Origin: Myxococcales bacterium
GTDB lineage: Bacteria; Myxococcota_A; Polyangia; Polyangiales; DASUME01
DNA: 64,000 bases
Reading direction: 5' to 3'
Assembly (NCBI GenBank): GCA_047601445.1
Contig: JASGJH010000001.1
Coordinates: forward strand, 7,648,001-7,712,000
Part shown: one piece after another, positions 51,035-61,651 of the stretch
How positions within the stretch are numbered: position 1 is the stretch's first letter
How the letters are laid out: every line of letters starts with the position of its first letter
Notes under the pieces: generated by a model
The model's database searches: none
Told to the model about the DNA's origin: nothing
Seen by the model: only the letters and a program-made list of their open reading frames with translations
Made by a program: the position numbers and the translations under genes

Positions 51035-52483
51035 ATGGCTGCTGCACGAGTTCTAGTGCTGGATGACGACGAAGCGCTCTGCGAGCTTCTCGCCAGCGAA
51101 CTCGAAGAGTGTGGCTATCAACCCGTGTGCGTGGGCACCGCTGCGGCGGCCTTCGACCACCTCGATGCCGGGCAGTTCGACGTGTTGGTGATGGACATCC
51201 GCATGCCAGGGCGTTCGGGAATCCATCTGTGCACCGAGATCGCCGGGGCTTGGCCCGAGCTACCCGTGATCCTGATGAGCGCCTTCGGCAACGCGGATAC
51301 CGCCATCCAGGCCATGCGCGCCGGCGCCTACGACTTCCTCATCAAGCCCTTCGAGACCGAAGAGCTCGACATGGTCTTGCGGCGTGCCGTCGAGCGCAAC
51401 GCCTTGCAGCGTGAGGTCAAGCGCCTGCAGCGGGCCGCTAACGCGCGGCCGGGCTTCACCGCGCTGCTCGGTGCTTCTCCCGTGATGGAGGCCCTATACG
51501 ACCGCATCGAGCGCGTGGCGATGTCGCAGGCTTCGGTCTTGATCTATGGGGAGAGCGGCTCGGGCAAGGAGCTCATCGCGCGCGCCATCCACGAGCTGAG
51601 TCGCCGTCGCGCGGGGCCGTTCGTGGCCCTCAACTGTGCAGCGGTACCCGACACGTTGTTGGAGAGTGAGCTGTTCGGGCACGAACGGGGCGCTTTCACG
51701 GACGCCAAGAGCGCGCGTCCGGGGCTCTTGCGCCAGGCCCACGGGGGCACCCTGTTCCTCGACGAGATCGGCGACATGTCCATCGCGCTCCAGCCCAAGC
51801 TCCTGCGCGCGCTCGAGGAGCGCACCGTGCGACCCGTCGGAGGTGATCGCGAGGTGATCTTCGATACCCGCATCGTGGCCGCCACCCATCGGGACCTCAA
51901 CGCCGAGGTCGGTCGTGGTAGCTTCCGCGCGGATCTGTTCTTTCGCTTGAACGTGGTGTCCATCGAGGTGCCGCCGCTGCGCTCGCGTGGCGACGACCTC
52001 TTGTTCCTGGCCAATCATTTCCTGGGTGAGTTCGCCACGCGCGACGACAAGCCTGTGCACGGACTCTCGGAGGAGGCCGCCCAGCGCCTCGCGCAGTATC
52101 GCTGGCCGGGCAACGTGCGTGAGCTGCGCAACTGCATGGAGCACGCCGTGGCCATGGCGCGTACCTCCCTGGTGTCCGGAGACGACCTGCCCGAGTACGT
52201 GCGTGCGATGCGCCCGGACCCCGGGGCCCCAGCACGCAGCCCGGGGCGGCAGGACCCGGCGCCGAACGAAAGCCAGGCCGGCGACTCCGCGCTGCTCAGC
52301 CTGTTCGAGGTGGAGCGTCGTCACGTGTTGCGGGTGCTGGAGTCGGTGGGGGGCAACAAGACCATGGCCGCCAAGATCCTCGGGATCGACCGCAAAACCC
52401 TGCATTCCCGCCTGACCCGCTACGAGCAGGATGCCATCCCGGCCTTCGAAGAAGCCGGCGACGCCGAGGCCCAGTCCCACTAA
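51035..52483 (+). CDS. Sigma-54-dependent response regulator
   Basis: Receiver domain, GESGSGKE, GAFTDA variant, WPGNVREL, HTH LGIDRKTL. Confidence 0.92.
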   Translation: MAAARVLVLDDDEALCELLASELEECGYQPVCVGTAAAAFDHLDAGQFDVLVMDIRMPGRSGIHLCTEIAGAWPELPVILMSAFGNADTAIQAMRAGAYDFLIKPFETEELDMVLRRAVERNALQREVKRLQRAANARPGFTALLGASPVMEALYDRIERVAMSQASVLIYGESGSGKELIARAIHELSRRRAGPFVALNCAAVPDTLLESELFGHERGAFTDAKSARPGLLRQAHGGTLFLDEIGDMSIALQPKLLRALEERTVRPVGGDREVIFDTRIVAATHRDLNAEVGRGSFRADLFFRLNVVSIEVPPLRSRGDDLLFLANHFLGEFATRDDKPVHGLSEEAAQRLAQYRWPGNVRELRNCMEHAVAMARTSLVSGDDLPEYVRAMRPDPGAPARSPGRQDPAPNESQAGDSALLSLFEVERRHVLRVLESVGGNKTMAAKILGIDRKTLHSRLTRYEQDAIPAFEEAGDAEAQSH

Positions 52484-52640
52484 AGGCGGAGCCCCCGTTC
52501 TCAGCGGGGTCGTACGTGTGCCCGTGCCCGTGCCCGTAGACGATTTCCGGTCCTCCGCCCGTCGGCTTGAGGGAGCCTGCCGCCTTTGCTACCCGAGCGG
52601 CTCGGCGCCTATGGGCGAGTACGAACGGAGCTCCTGAATC

Positions 52641-53681
52641 ATGGCCAATAACCTCAGCTGGCAACCCCCCCAACCCGAACAGCGCGGTTGGAACATCGAG
52701 CGGCACATTCTCGAGGGGCAGCGGGCGGTCAAAGGGGCGACCGGCGAGCTCACGGGCCTGCTGCAGCAGATCACCCTCTGCGCCAAGATCATCGCCAGCC
52801 GCGTGAACATGGCGGGCTTGGCCGACAACCTCGGGCTTACCGGCGAGACCAACGTGCAGGGCGAGGAGGTCCAGAAGCTGGACGATCTCGCCAACAACAC
52901 CCTGATCCGGACCCTGTCGCGCGGCGGCCGCGTGTGCGCCCTGGGCAGTGAAGAGGAGAGCGAGCCCATCTTCACGCCCGACGGCTATCCCTCGGGCAAG
53001 TACGTGGTGTTGTTCGACCCGCTGGACGGCTCCAGCAACATCGACGTCAACGTCAGCATCGGCACCATCTTCGCCATCCACGAGCGCGTAACGCCCGCGG
53101 GCGGCAAGGGCACGGCGGCCGATTTGCTACAGCCTGGCACCAAGCAGGTCGTGGCGGGCTATGTGATCTACGGCTCGAGCACCATGCTCGTGTACACCAC
53201 GGGGCAGGGCGTCCACGGCTTCACGCTGGATCCCTCGGTGGGCGAGTTCTTCCTGTCTCACCAGAACATTCGTATGCCCGAGCGCGGCAAGATCTACTCG
53301 GTCAACGAGGGCAACGCCGGCACCTGGGACGACGGCGTGCGTAAGTGGACCGAGTGGATGAAGACCCCCGACAAGAGCATCGGGCATCCCTATTCGGCGC
53401 GCTACGTGGGCTCCATGGTGGCCGACTTCCACCGCACCCTGCTCAAGGGTGGCGTGTTCGCGTATCCCGCGGACAAGAAGAACCCCAACGGCAAGCTGCG
53501 CCTCATGTACGAAGCCTCTCCGCTGGCGATGGTGGCCGAGCAGGCGGGCGGCGCGGCCTCCACGGGCAGCCAGCGCATCCTCGACATCGTGCCGACGGAA
53601 CTCCACCAGCGCGTGCCGATCTACATCGGCAGCAAGGGCGACGTGGAAGACGCCGTCGCGTTCGTGAACGGTCAACGCTGA
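52641..53681 (+). CDS. fbp: Class 1 fructose-1,6-bisphosphatase
   Basis: NVQGEEVQKLD, SEE, DPLDGSSNID, RYVGSMVAD, GKLRLMYE. Confidence 0.95.
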   Translation: MANNLSWQPPQPEQRGWNIERHILEGQRAVKGATGELTGLLQQITLCAKIIASRVNMAGLADNLGLTGETNVQGEEVQKLDDLANNTLIRTLSRGGRVCALGSEEESEPIFTPDGYPSGKYVVLFDPLDGSSNIDVNVSIGTIFAIHERVTPAGGKGTAADLLQPGTKQVVAGYVIYGSSTMLVYTTGQGVHGFTLDPSVGEFFLSHQNIRMPERGKIYSVNEGNAGTWDDGVRKWTEWMKTPDKSIGHPYSARYVGSMVADFHRTLLKGGVFAYPADKKNPNGKLRLMYEASPLAMVAEQAGGAASTGSQRILDIVPTELHQRVPIYIGSKGDVEDAVAFVNGQR

Positions 53682-53693
53682 GGACGTCCTGGT

Positions 53694-55224
53694 ATGGCCT
53701 CCTCCCCCGCCTGCGTGCACACTCGCCTGGGGATCTTGGAGGGCCATGCGGCGCCGCGGCACCTCGCCTTTCTCGGCATCCCGTTTGCCGAGCCTCCGTT
53801 GGGCAGCCGGCGTTTTCGCGCGCCGCAGCCGGTGCGGGCCTGGTCGGGCACACGGGAGGCCAAGACCTTCGCGCGCGCGGCCATGCAGGGGGCGGCGTTC
53901 GCGCCCGGTGTGCGCGTCGAGGGAGCCCAGAGCGAAGACTGCCTGACGCTCAACGTCTTCACGCCGGCGCTCGACGGGAAAAAGCGGCCCGTGATGTTCT
54001 GGATCCACGGCGGCGCCTTCACGGTGGGCACTGCTGGCATCGCGCTTTACCACGGGGGTACGCTGGCCGAGCTCGGCGACGTGGTGGTGGTCAGCGCGAA
54101 CTACCGGGTGGGCGCCCTTGGGTTCCTGGCGCTGGGGGAGATCGGGCGGAGCTGGGGCGCGCGCGCGAACCTGGGCATCCTGGATCAAATGCTCGCGCTC
54201 GAGTGGGTGCACGAGCACATCGCGGACTTCGGGGGAGATCCGGAGCGGGTGACGGTGTTCGGCGAGTCGGCCGGTGGCACCTTGGTGAACCTGTTGCTGG
54301 CTCTGCCCAAGACACGCGCGTGGTGTCAGCGGGCCATTGTGCAGAGCGGCACCGAGTCGCGCGTGCTGCTGCCTGCCGCTCGAGCCCATGCGATGGCCGA
54401 GCGCCTGTTGCACGCCCTCGAGATCCCGCTGTCCGACAGTGAGCGCTTGAGTCAGGTGCCGGTGGCAGCGTTGATGGCCGCTCAGGCGCAGCTGGAGGCG
54501 GGGTCCGGTTGGCCTCACTTCTTTCCCATCGTGGATGGCGAGCTGTTCGCGGAGGAGCCCGGAAAGGCGCTGCGCGTGGGGGCGCTGCGTGAGATCACAC
54601 TGCTCAGCGGCAGCAATCGCGACGAGTGGAATCTGTTCGCTGCGCCGGAGATCGCGAGCTGGCACAAGTCGCAGTCCGAAGCGGAGGCGTTGTCGGTGCT
54701 GGGGAAGAAGATGCGGTGGGCGCCGGAGGCCGAGCTGCAGACGCTCTTCGAGGGCTATCGAGCGTCACGCGTGGCGCTGGGGTTGCCCCACGATCCGCGC
54801 GCGCTGGTGCGGGCCATCGAGGGAGACCTGCGCTTTCGCATGCCCACCACGCGCACTGCAGAAGAGCACGTCGCCGCGGGCGGCCGCGCGTATACCTATC
54901 TATTCACCTACGGGTCGCCCGCCTTGCGCGGCGCGCTCGGGGCCTGTCACGCGCTCGAGTTGCCCTTCGTGTTCGGCTCGCTCTCGGCGCCCCAGCAGAG
55001 ATCGCTTCGCCGGCACGGGCCCTGCCCTCGAGCGCCTGAGCCACCGCATGATGAGTGCTTGGTGCGCCTTCGCACGCACCGGAGATCCGAGCTGCGAGGC
55101 CCTGGGGCCGTGGCCTGCCTTCGAGATCGAGCGACGCGACACCATGGTACTCGACCTCGAGTGCAGGGTCGAAGCGGCGCCACTCGAGGCAGAACGCAAG
55201 CTCTGGGATGGCTTGTTGGCTTAG
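53694..55224 (+). CDS. Type-B carboxylesterase, +1 frameshift at about 54999
   Basis: FLGIPFA, SEDCL, HGGAF, GESAG, CHALEL. Deleting one base before GATC (55000-55003) restores ..DRFAGTG..W..FARTGDP; span is 3n+1. Confidence 0.88.
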
Positions 55225-56702
55225 GGCGCGAGAAGAACCCGCTCCAGCTCGCCGCCCTCGGTCGCGTGCAGCACGTAGAACGTGCCTGGCGTGGTGGCGA
55301 CCCAGACCTCGCGCTTGTCCGGGATGATGCGGGCCAAGCCGGGCACGCCCTCGCCGGCGGTGTCGAAGTAGGCCACTTCGCGCGGGCGCCATGGATTGCG
55401 GATGTCGTAGATGCGCAGGCCGCCTTCCCAGATGCCGCAGGCGAGCAGCCGGGGATCCTCGCGTCGGTCCACGTTGCAGTAGTGGGTGCCCACGCCGAAG
55501 CCGCTCGCGGGCTGGCCGCTGGCCATGCAGTGGGCGGGGTCCTGAGCTTCGGTCTTGAGCAGGGCCACGAGCTTGGGAGTCGTCTCGTCGCTGAGATCGA
55601 AGATGCGCGCATAGCCCCAAATGGGCTTCTCGGGATCGCTGCAGCTACCGGAGCCGAGCTCGTCGGACACCACCAGGTGAGGCTTGCCACGGATGCTGAT
55701 GGGGATGGCGTATTGCGAGACGTTGCCGTCGGCCCAAGTGATGTCCGCGATGACTTTGCCCTTGGCGCCTGGCTTGCGCGCCTGGAACTCGCTCAAATCC
55801 ACCACGGCCAGACTGCCCTGTCCCAGGTTGGCCACGTGCGGATAGGTGAAGTAGCCGCGATTGCCGTCGGCGCTGACGCCGAGATCGTGGGTGCCCACGC
55901 CGCCGAAGTCCGTGCCGATCACGCTCGGGTGCGCGGGCTCCTTCGAATCCACCGCGAAGACCTCGGAGGTGTAGAGTGAGCTCGCGTAGTAGATGCTGCC
56001 GTCGGCGGAGAAGTTGCCCGCGTGGCCGATGCTGGTGCCGAGCGAGCCGCGCAGCTCGAACGAACTCTGAAACAGCGGGGCCTTGCAGTCGGTGGCCACG
56101 TCGAAGACCGTCAGCGTGACGCCGTTGGACTCGTAGCCCGCCAACAGGCCGCTGACGTCGTTGGCCTTCATGGTCTCCCAGTTGCTGCGGAAGCCGAGCT
56201 GCGTGAGCGTGGTGGTGACGCTGGGCATCCCGTCCTCGGAGACGTGGATCACCGTGGTGCCGTCGTTGCCATTCACGTAGGCACAGTCGTCGTGCCATGC
56301 GAGCGAGAGAAAGTGCGGCGCCGCTACCTGGCCTGCGATCTCGAGGTTGCAGTGGAGGTCGCCGTTCAGGCCCTGAGTCTCGCCATCGGCCTTGTCTCCG
56401 GCACCACAGATCGCGCGCGGGGCGGGCTGGGTCCACGGCGTTCCCTCACCTTCGAAGGGCTCGCTGGGCCTGCTCCCGGCGTCGTTGTTGTCGCGACCGG
56501 CGTCGCGGTCACCTGGGGGGTCGTCGTCGCCGTCTCCCTGAGAGTCCGAGGGGCCATCTCCGTCGCCATCTCCATCTCCGTCGCCATCGCCAGCGCTGGG
56601 TTCGAGCGCCGTGCCCTGGGGAGCCGGGTCGCTGCTGCAGCCAGCCGCGCATGCGAGCAGGCAAGTGAAGAGGGCGGAATCGATAAGGAAGCGTCGGGGC
56701 AT
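55221..56702 (-). CDS. LVIVD-like beta-propeller lipoprotein with GD linker
   Basis: Lipobox AAGC, GDGDGD run, GLRIYDIRNPWRPREVAYF. Confidence 0.8.
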   Translation of the reverse strand: MPRRFLIDSALFTCLLACAAGCSSDPAPQGTALEPSAGDGDGDGDGDGDGPSDSQGDGDDDPPGDRDAGRDNNDAGSRPSEPFEGEGTPWTQPAPRAICGAGDKADGETQGLNGDLHCNLEIAGQVAAPHFLSLAWHDDCAYVNGNDGTTVIHVSEDGMPSVTTTLTQLGFRSNWETMKANDVSGLLAGYESNGVTLTVFDVATDCKAPLFQSSFELRGSLGTSIGHAGNFSADGSIYYASSLYTSEVFAVDSKEPAHPSVIGTDFGGVGTHDLGVSADGNRGYFTYPHVANLGQGSLAVVDLSEFQARKPGAKGKVIADITWADGNVSQYAIPISIRGKPHLVVSDELGSGSCSDPEKPIWGYARIFDLSDETTPKLVALLKTEAQDPAHCMASGQPASGFGVGTHYCNVDRREDPRLLACGIWEGGLRIYDIRNPWRPREVAYFDTAGEGVPGLARIIPDKREVWVATTPGTFYVLHATEGGELERVLLAP

Positions 56703-56857
56703 CGGTCATCTCCCAGCGGAGCGCACCCCCTGGGAGATATCATCGTTCGCGTTGGCCACGGGCGGCCACCGCTGTGCCGAGGGCGGCCATTGCTGTGCTT
56801 TGCAGGCCGAACCGTCCCCGTGCGCGGCGCAAGGACGCGCGCGGGGAGCAGCTCCGC

Positions 56858-57515
56858 TCAGAATCCCTCGCGCGCGAGCTCCGCGTCCCGAGCCCGTACG
56901 CGGCTGAGCACCAGAATCCTTCGCGCGCTGCGGAGCCTGCGTTGGATTCCCTGCGTGCAACGGGGGCATGGGGTCGTACTCGATGGCGAGCTGGATCGCT
57001 TCGGCCACCTCCACACCCGCCAGCTCCATCACCAGCGAGAGCGCCAAGTCGATGCCTGCGGAGACGCCTGCCGCGGTGGCGTACTTTCCGTCGCGCGTGA
57101 CGCGATCTTCAGTGACCAACGCGCCGAACTCCGCGAGCCGAGCGCGCTGCGCCCAGTGCGTGCACGCGCGCTTGCCACGCAAGAGGCCTGCCGCACCGAG
57201 CACCAGGGCTCCCGTGCACACCGAGGCCGTAATCTGCGTGTGCTGGTCCATGCTGCGCACCCACTCGAGGACCTTGGGATCGCGTTCCAAGCGGCGCTGG
57301 CCGTAGCCTCCCGAGACCAGCAGGAGGTCGCAGCGCGAGACCTGGTCGACGCCGTGGTCGGCCAGCAAGCCGAGCGAGCGGTTGTCGGTGCGCACTGGCC
57401 CTGCCTGCGGCGCCACGAAGCGCACGCTGGCCTGGGGAACGCGAGCCAAGACCTCGTATGGACCCACGGCATCGAGCGCAGTGATCCCTTCGAACACCAA
57501 GATGGCGATCTCCAT
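56858..57515 (-). CDS. DJ-1/PfpI family protein, +1 frameshift at about 56916
   Basis: LDAVGPYEVL, SVCTG, AGVSAGID, IEYDP. Reading minus-strand GATTC as GATC gives a compact end KDLVLSRVRARDAELAREGF*. Confidence 0.88.
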
Positions 57516-57540
57516 TGTCTTCTCTCCTGTTTGGGGAAAC

Positions 57541-58533
57541 TCAGGCGCGCGCAGGCCGCCCGAAGCGTGCGCGGTACTCGCGCGGGCTGATGCCGGCGCG
57601 GCGCGCGAGGGCGCGGCGCAGGGCCTCGGGCGTGCCGAAGCCCGACTCCGCGGCCACCACGTCCACATTGTGTTGGGTGGACTCGAGCAGGCGCCGCGCG
57701 GTCTCCACGCGCACGCGCTCCACGTAATCGGCGGGCGACGTCCCGGTCTCGGCGCGGAAAACGCGGCCGAAGTTGCGCACGCTCATATGGGCGCGGCGCG
57801 CGAGCGCAGGCACGCTCCAGTCGCGCTCGGGGTGCTCGTTGATGGTGGCCACCAGCTCGCGCAGGTTGCCGTCGCCCGAGCTTCGATCCGACAGCAGGGG
57901 ACTGAACTGGGACTGTCCGCCCGAGCGCCGGATGAACACCACCAACTGACGCGCCACCGTCTGCGCGATGGGAGCTCCCAGGTCATCCTCCACCAGCGCT
58001 AGCGAAAGGTCGATGCCCGCCGTGACGCCGGCCGAGGTCCAGGTCTTTCCGTCGCGCACGTAGATGGGCGCGGTCTCCACGCGGATGGCGGGGAACTCGG
58101 CGGCCAGTCGCTCGCACTGCGCCCAGTGGGTGGTGGCCCGCTTGCCGTCGAGTAACCCCGCGTGGGCCAACACGAAGGCCCCCGTGCACACGGAGGCCAC
58201 CCGTTGCGCTCGCGTCGCCGCTTCGCGTACGAGCCGCTGCACCGGCCGTTGCGAGGCGGCTTCTCGCGCGCCCGCGCCGCCCGCCACGATCAAGGTATGG
58301 AGCTGGGTTCGGGATGCCGCGATCAGCCGTGCCAGGGTGGTATGCGGAGCCAGTTGCAGCCCGCTTCGCCCACGCACCAGGCCCTTGCTCGGGGCCACCA
58401 AGAGCGGCTCGTAGGCGATGGGCTTGCGCAGCGCGTGCAGCGCCTGGTTGGCCGCCGCGAAGACCTCGAAGGGCCCCACCGCGTCGAGCGGCTGGCACCC
58501 CTGGAACATCACGATGGCGATTCGCTTGGGCAC
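57541..58533 (-). CDS. GlxA family (DJ-1 + AraC) transcriptional regulator
   Basis: SVCTGAF, ATTHW, TSAGVTAGID, R.GGQSQFS, HTH. Confidence 0.92.
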   Translation of the reverse strand: MPKRIAIVMFQGCQPLDAVGPFEVFAAANQALHALRKPIAYEPLLVAPSKGLVRGRSGLQLAPHTTLARLIAASRTQLHTLIVAGGAGAREAASQRPVQRLVREAATRAQRVASVCTGAFVLAHAGLLDGKRATTHWAQCERLAAEFPAIRVETAPIYVRDGKTWTSAGVTAGIDLSLALVEDDLGAPIAQTVARQLVVFIRRSGGQSQFSPLLSDRSSGDGNLRELVATINEHPERDWSVPALARRAHMSVRNFGRVFRAETGTSPADYVERVRVETARRLLESTQHNVDVVAAESGFGTPEALRRALARRAGISPREYRARFGRPARA

Positions 58534-58661
58534 GAGTCGACTCTGGCGCCGGAAGGGTGCATGGCGCAAGGACAACGATCGGACGTTTTCGGCCAGTTGA
58601 AAACCGGGGACGTCACGCGAGCCCGCCGTTTCGCGAGGCTGCGCTCACGTGGTGCAATGAC

Positions 58662-59480
58662 TCAGTGGTCGCTGCGGTTCGTTGCCGACGCCACGACCCG
58701 CACCCAGCGCTGAAAGAGCCACGTACCTTCGCGCGCAGGTAGGCTCGTCTCGTGCACACAGCGCAGGCCCCGGAACAGCAGCGCGTCGTCCGGCAAGGCC
58801 TTGCCGAGCGCCGCGGGCGAGAGCGCTCCCTCGAAGCGCGAGAGCAAGAGCTCGTCGACCATGGGAGGCGCCTCGAAGAGCTGCCCCGACGTGCTCGGGC
58901 CGGCCTCCACGCTGACATTCGGCACCTGTGCGCGCAGCCAGCTCAGGGCCGTGCGCGCGCTTAGATCCGGCAGGGCGATGACCTGCGCGCGCGCGCCCAG
59001 GCGGCGTTCGAGCTCGGCGCTCCCTTCGGGACGCGTCAGCACGAGCTTGGGGGTTCCGTCGTGCCAGACAGGGTGCTCGAGCGGGAGGTTCCCGCTGCCG
59101 CTGAGGATGGCGCACAGCGGTGGATTCGCCTTGCCCAGTGCGCGGCGAAGCGCCGTCAGCGCGAGTGCGTGGGCACCGGCCAGCCGATGGGAGAGCGCGG
59201 GTTCGCGCCGTACGTTCTCGGCGCTAGTCAACAGCGCATCAGAGCGTGCTCGCGCCAAGTTGAGGCCAAAGAAGTCCGCCTCGCTTTGGGGGGTTGCCGG
59301 CGACCCGATGTCCAACACGTGCAGCCGTCCATCGCTCCCGCGCGCGGTGGCGGAGACCTGTGACACGCCGTGAAAGCCCAGCACATCGAGGCCGAATTGT
59401 GCCTCCGCGAGCTCGCGTGCCCGCGACACCAACTCGGCGACCTCTTCACTCTGCTCGCTGCCGCTCTGTTCGCTGCCCAT
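58662..59480 (-). CDS. RibD C-terminal/DHFR-like reductase family protein
   Basis: ARARSDALLTSAENVRREP, VSVEAGP, VDELLLS. Confidence 0.7.
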   Translation of the reverse strand: MGSEQSGSEQSEEVAELVSRARELAEAQFGLDVLGFHGVSQVSATARGSDGRLHVLDIGSPATPQSEADFFGLNLARARSDALLTSAENVRREPALSHRLAGAHALALTALRRALGKANPPLCAILSGSGNLPLEHPVWHDGTPKLVLTRPEGSAELERRLGARAQVIALPDLSARTALSWLRAQVPNVSVEAGPSTSGQLFEAPPMVDELLLSRFEGALSPAALGKALPDDALLFRGLRCVHETSLPAREGTWLFQRWVRVVASATNRSDH

Positions 59481-59489
59481 GAACCGCGC

Positions 59490-59735
59490 CTACTTCTGGA
59501 ACTTGGCCTTCCACTCTTCGTAGGGCATGCCGTACACAATCTCGCGTGCCTCGGGATCGCTCAGGGGTACGCCGCGCTCTTCGGCGGCCGCGCGATACCA
59601 CTTGGACAAGCAGTTGCGGCAAAAGCCTGCCAGGTTCATCAGGTCGATGTTCTGTACGTCGTTGCGCTCACGTAGGTGGGCGACGAGCCGGCGGAAGGCA
59701 GCGGCTTCGAGTTCGGTTTGGGTCGCTTGATCCAT
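59490..59735 (-). CDS. DUF1244 family protein
   Basis: EAAAFRRLV.HL..R.DVQNIDLMNLAGFCRNCLSKWY...YGMPY.EWK..Q. Confidence 0.9.
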   Translation of the reverse strand: MDQATQTELEAAAFRRLVAHLRERNDVQNIDLMNLAGFCRNCLSKWYRAAAEERGVPLSDPEAREIVYGMPYEEWKAKFQK

Positions 59736-59759
59736 TCCCAAGCTTTAGCACCGGCGTTC

Positions 59760-60431
59760 CTAGTGTGTGATCGTGGCGCGTGCGCGATCCGGAACGTTCA
59801 CGAACCAGAGCCCGAAACCGATGCCCACGCCGAGCAGGACGCTGCCCGCGGCCACACGCGCCGGGATCGCCGGCTGCTCCGACGGCAGCCCGGCGGCCAA
59901 CAAGAGTCCGCCCCCGACGGCGCCGCCCACCAACAGCACCCAACCCAGGATGCGCAGCGGCAGCCGACTCCTGTAGTCGATGACCACCTGATCACCGTCG
60001 TGGACTTGCAGTACCGGGTCGACCTTGACCGCACCGCGATCGCCCGTGCTCACGCCGAACACATAGGCGCGCGGGCGCAGACTTATTTCGCACGGCAGGC
60101 TGCACAGGGGCACGAGCTCACTGGTGTCGCGGTTGCCCGTGGGGCCCAACACCGCGTTCACGCCGCGCTCTTGGTAGAGCCTGAGCTCCAGCTTGTCGGA
60201 CCCTGGGGCCACCGAGAAGTGCACCGGCGGGTGCCGGTCGCTCCGCACCGCGCGTAGCGTGAGCTCGTCGCTCGGCGGGGGCGGATTGGCAGGGGGCGGC
60301 GACATCGGCGGACCGATGACGGTTTGGGCAGCGAGGGGACTGCCGATGAGCAAGCTGGTCAACACGAGTCCAGCCAGGAGGAGATTGCGGAGCACGAACT
60401 GTGGCGTAGGGCACACTCGGCACGTCGTCAA
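59760..60431 (-). CDS. Hypothetical exported/membrane protein
   Basis: Signal-like N-terminus, Pro-rich linker, CSLPC, two C-terminal TM helices. Confidence 0.65.
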   Translation of the reverse strand: MTTCRVCPTPQFVLRNLLLAGLVLTSLLIGSPLAAQTVIGPPMSPPPANPPPPSDELTLRAVRSDRHPPVHFSVAPGSDKLELRLYQERGVNAVLGPTGNRDTSELVPLCSLPCEISLRPRAYVFGVSTGDRGAVKVDPVLQVHDGDQVVIDYRSRLPLRILGWVLLVGGAVGGGLLLAAGLPSEQPAIPARVAAGSVLLGVGIGFGLWFVNVPDRARATITH

Positions 60432-60492
60432 CGCTGCGCGACATGGGGCTTCTTGCGATATGCTGCTGCCTTACCTTACCTTCGAGGTCTCC

Positions 60493-61245
60493 ATGCCTTC
60501 TGCTGCGCCACGCTCTCGCTGTTTCTATCTGGCGCCCCGACTCGACGTAGCCGCGGTTCTGCTCGCCCTTTGCGGGGCTGGCTGCTCGGAGCCTGCTCCC
60601 ACGACGGGGACGAGCCTGGGTGAAAGCGGCGACGGCGACGGTGACGATAGCGGCGATGGTGATGGTGATGGTGACGGCGATGGTGACGGTGATGGTGATG
60701 GTGACGGCGACCTCGCGGGTGATGGTGACGGCGACACCACGAGCAGTGGCGACGGAGATGCCAGCGGTACCGGCGAGGACTGCGCGCTCGGCGAAGCCGG
60801 GAGTTTCGCCACGGATCAACAGCTCAATCTGTTCGGTGACGTGATCTATTTCGCCAAGGGTAAGGACCTGCCCGAGGGCCACTACCGAGTCACCTACCAA
60901 GATGGCTGCATGAAGTACAACGCCGCCTACACCTGGACGGTGAACTCCGTGCTCGGAGGCAGCGACGGCTGGTGGTTGGTGGGCGCGAGCACGAGCGACC
61001 GCGTCACGCTCCTGCCCGGCAAGGGCGGCCTGTTGCCGCCGGATGGATTCACCGATTTCGAGGAGTGCGTGAAGGCCAACCAGGCCCTGCCGCCCAAGGA
61101 GTTCGACTTCAAGGGAGGCAAACTCGGCATCTATCTCAACGACTTCCCCTACGACGACAACCAGGCAGGCGAGGGGGGACGGAACCCCAAGTGGAAGTTG
61201 ACGTTGTTGGGGAGGGAGTGCCCGCCAGAGTTGGTGTTGCTGTAG
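60493..61245 (+). CDS. Lipoprotein with long Gly-Asp repeat linker
   Basis: Lipobox GAGC, (GD)10 run, globular C-terminal domain. Confidence 0.78.
   Translation: MPSAAPRSRCFYLAPRLDVAAVLLALCGAGCSEPAPTTGTSLGESGDGDGDDSGDGDGDGDGDGDGDGDGDGDLAGDGDGDTTSSGDGDASGTGEDCALGEAGSFATDQQLNLFGDVIYFAKGKDLPEGHYRVTYQDGCMKYNAAYTWTVNSVLGGSDGWWLVGASTSDRVTLLPGKGGLLPPDGFTDFEECVKANQALPPKEFDFKGGKLGIYLNDFPYDDNQAGEGGRNPKWKLTLLGRECPPELVLL
60628..60735 (+). repeat. Coding hexamer repeat (GGYGAY)n
   Basis: Ten uninterrupted units at 60652-60711 plus flanking units. Confidence 0.9.
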
Positions 61246-61331
61246 TCCGCCGAAGGCGAGTTACTTCGTGGTCGTGGTCGTGCTCGGTCTCGGCGCCGCC
61301 GATGTCACTGCAGCTAGGCGCAGGTCGTCGC

Positions 61332-61623
61332 CGTCGCCGTCGCCCTCAACCGCTTTGCTGACCACGACAACGTCAACCGCTTCGCTGTCAACGTCAACCG
61401 CTGCCGCTGTCAACGTACGTGGGTTGGGGCTCGCCTCGGAGACTTGATCCGACCTCGTGGCGGTTCGAACCGGTGAAGCCAACGAGACTCCACCCGCCTC
61501 GCACACCAGAGGCAGCATGAGACCAGCTCCCGTTGACGTGGTCAGCGCGAGCGGTTGACGTTGTCGTGGTCAGCAAAGCGGTGGTCAACGTGAACAGCGA
61601 AGCGGTCGAGGGCGACGGCGACG
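61332..61623. repeat. Repeat family B arranged as an inverted pair
   Basis: Perfect 33-bp inverted repeat 61349-61381 / 61550-61582; outer arms 61332-61354 / 61601-61623 match at 22 of 23 positions. Confidence 0.88.
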
Positions 61624-61651
61624 ATCCCATCACCGCCGCCAAGCACCCCAA

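Noticed and set aside
52518..52537. (GTGCCC)3 tandem hexamer after a stop codon, with similar short runs near 23275 and 61266
   Set aside because: Too short to distinguish from low-complexity background in high-GC DNA.
56706..56857. C-terminal extension on the DJ-1 protein in the ORF track
   Set aside because: Artefact of the +1 frameshift at about 56916; the corrected frame stops at 56858.
61260..61650. CRISPR array
   Set aside because: No regularly spaced identical direct repeats with unique spacers and no cas genes; the repeats are inverted and modular.
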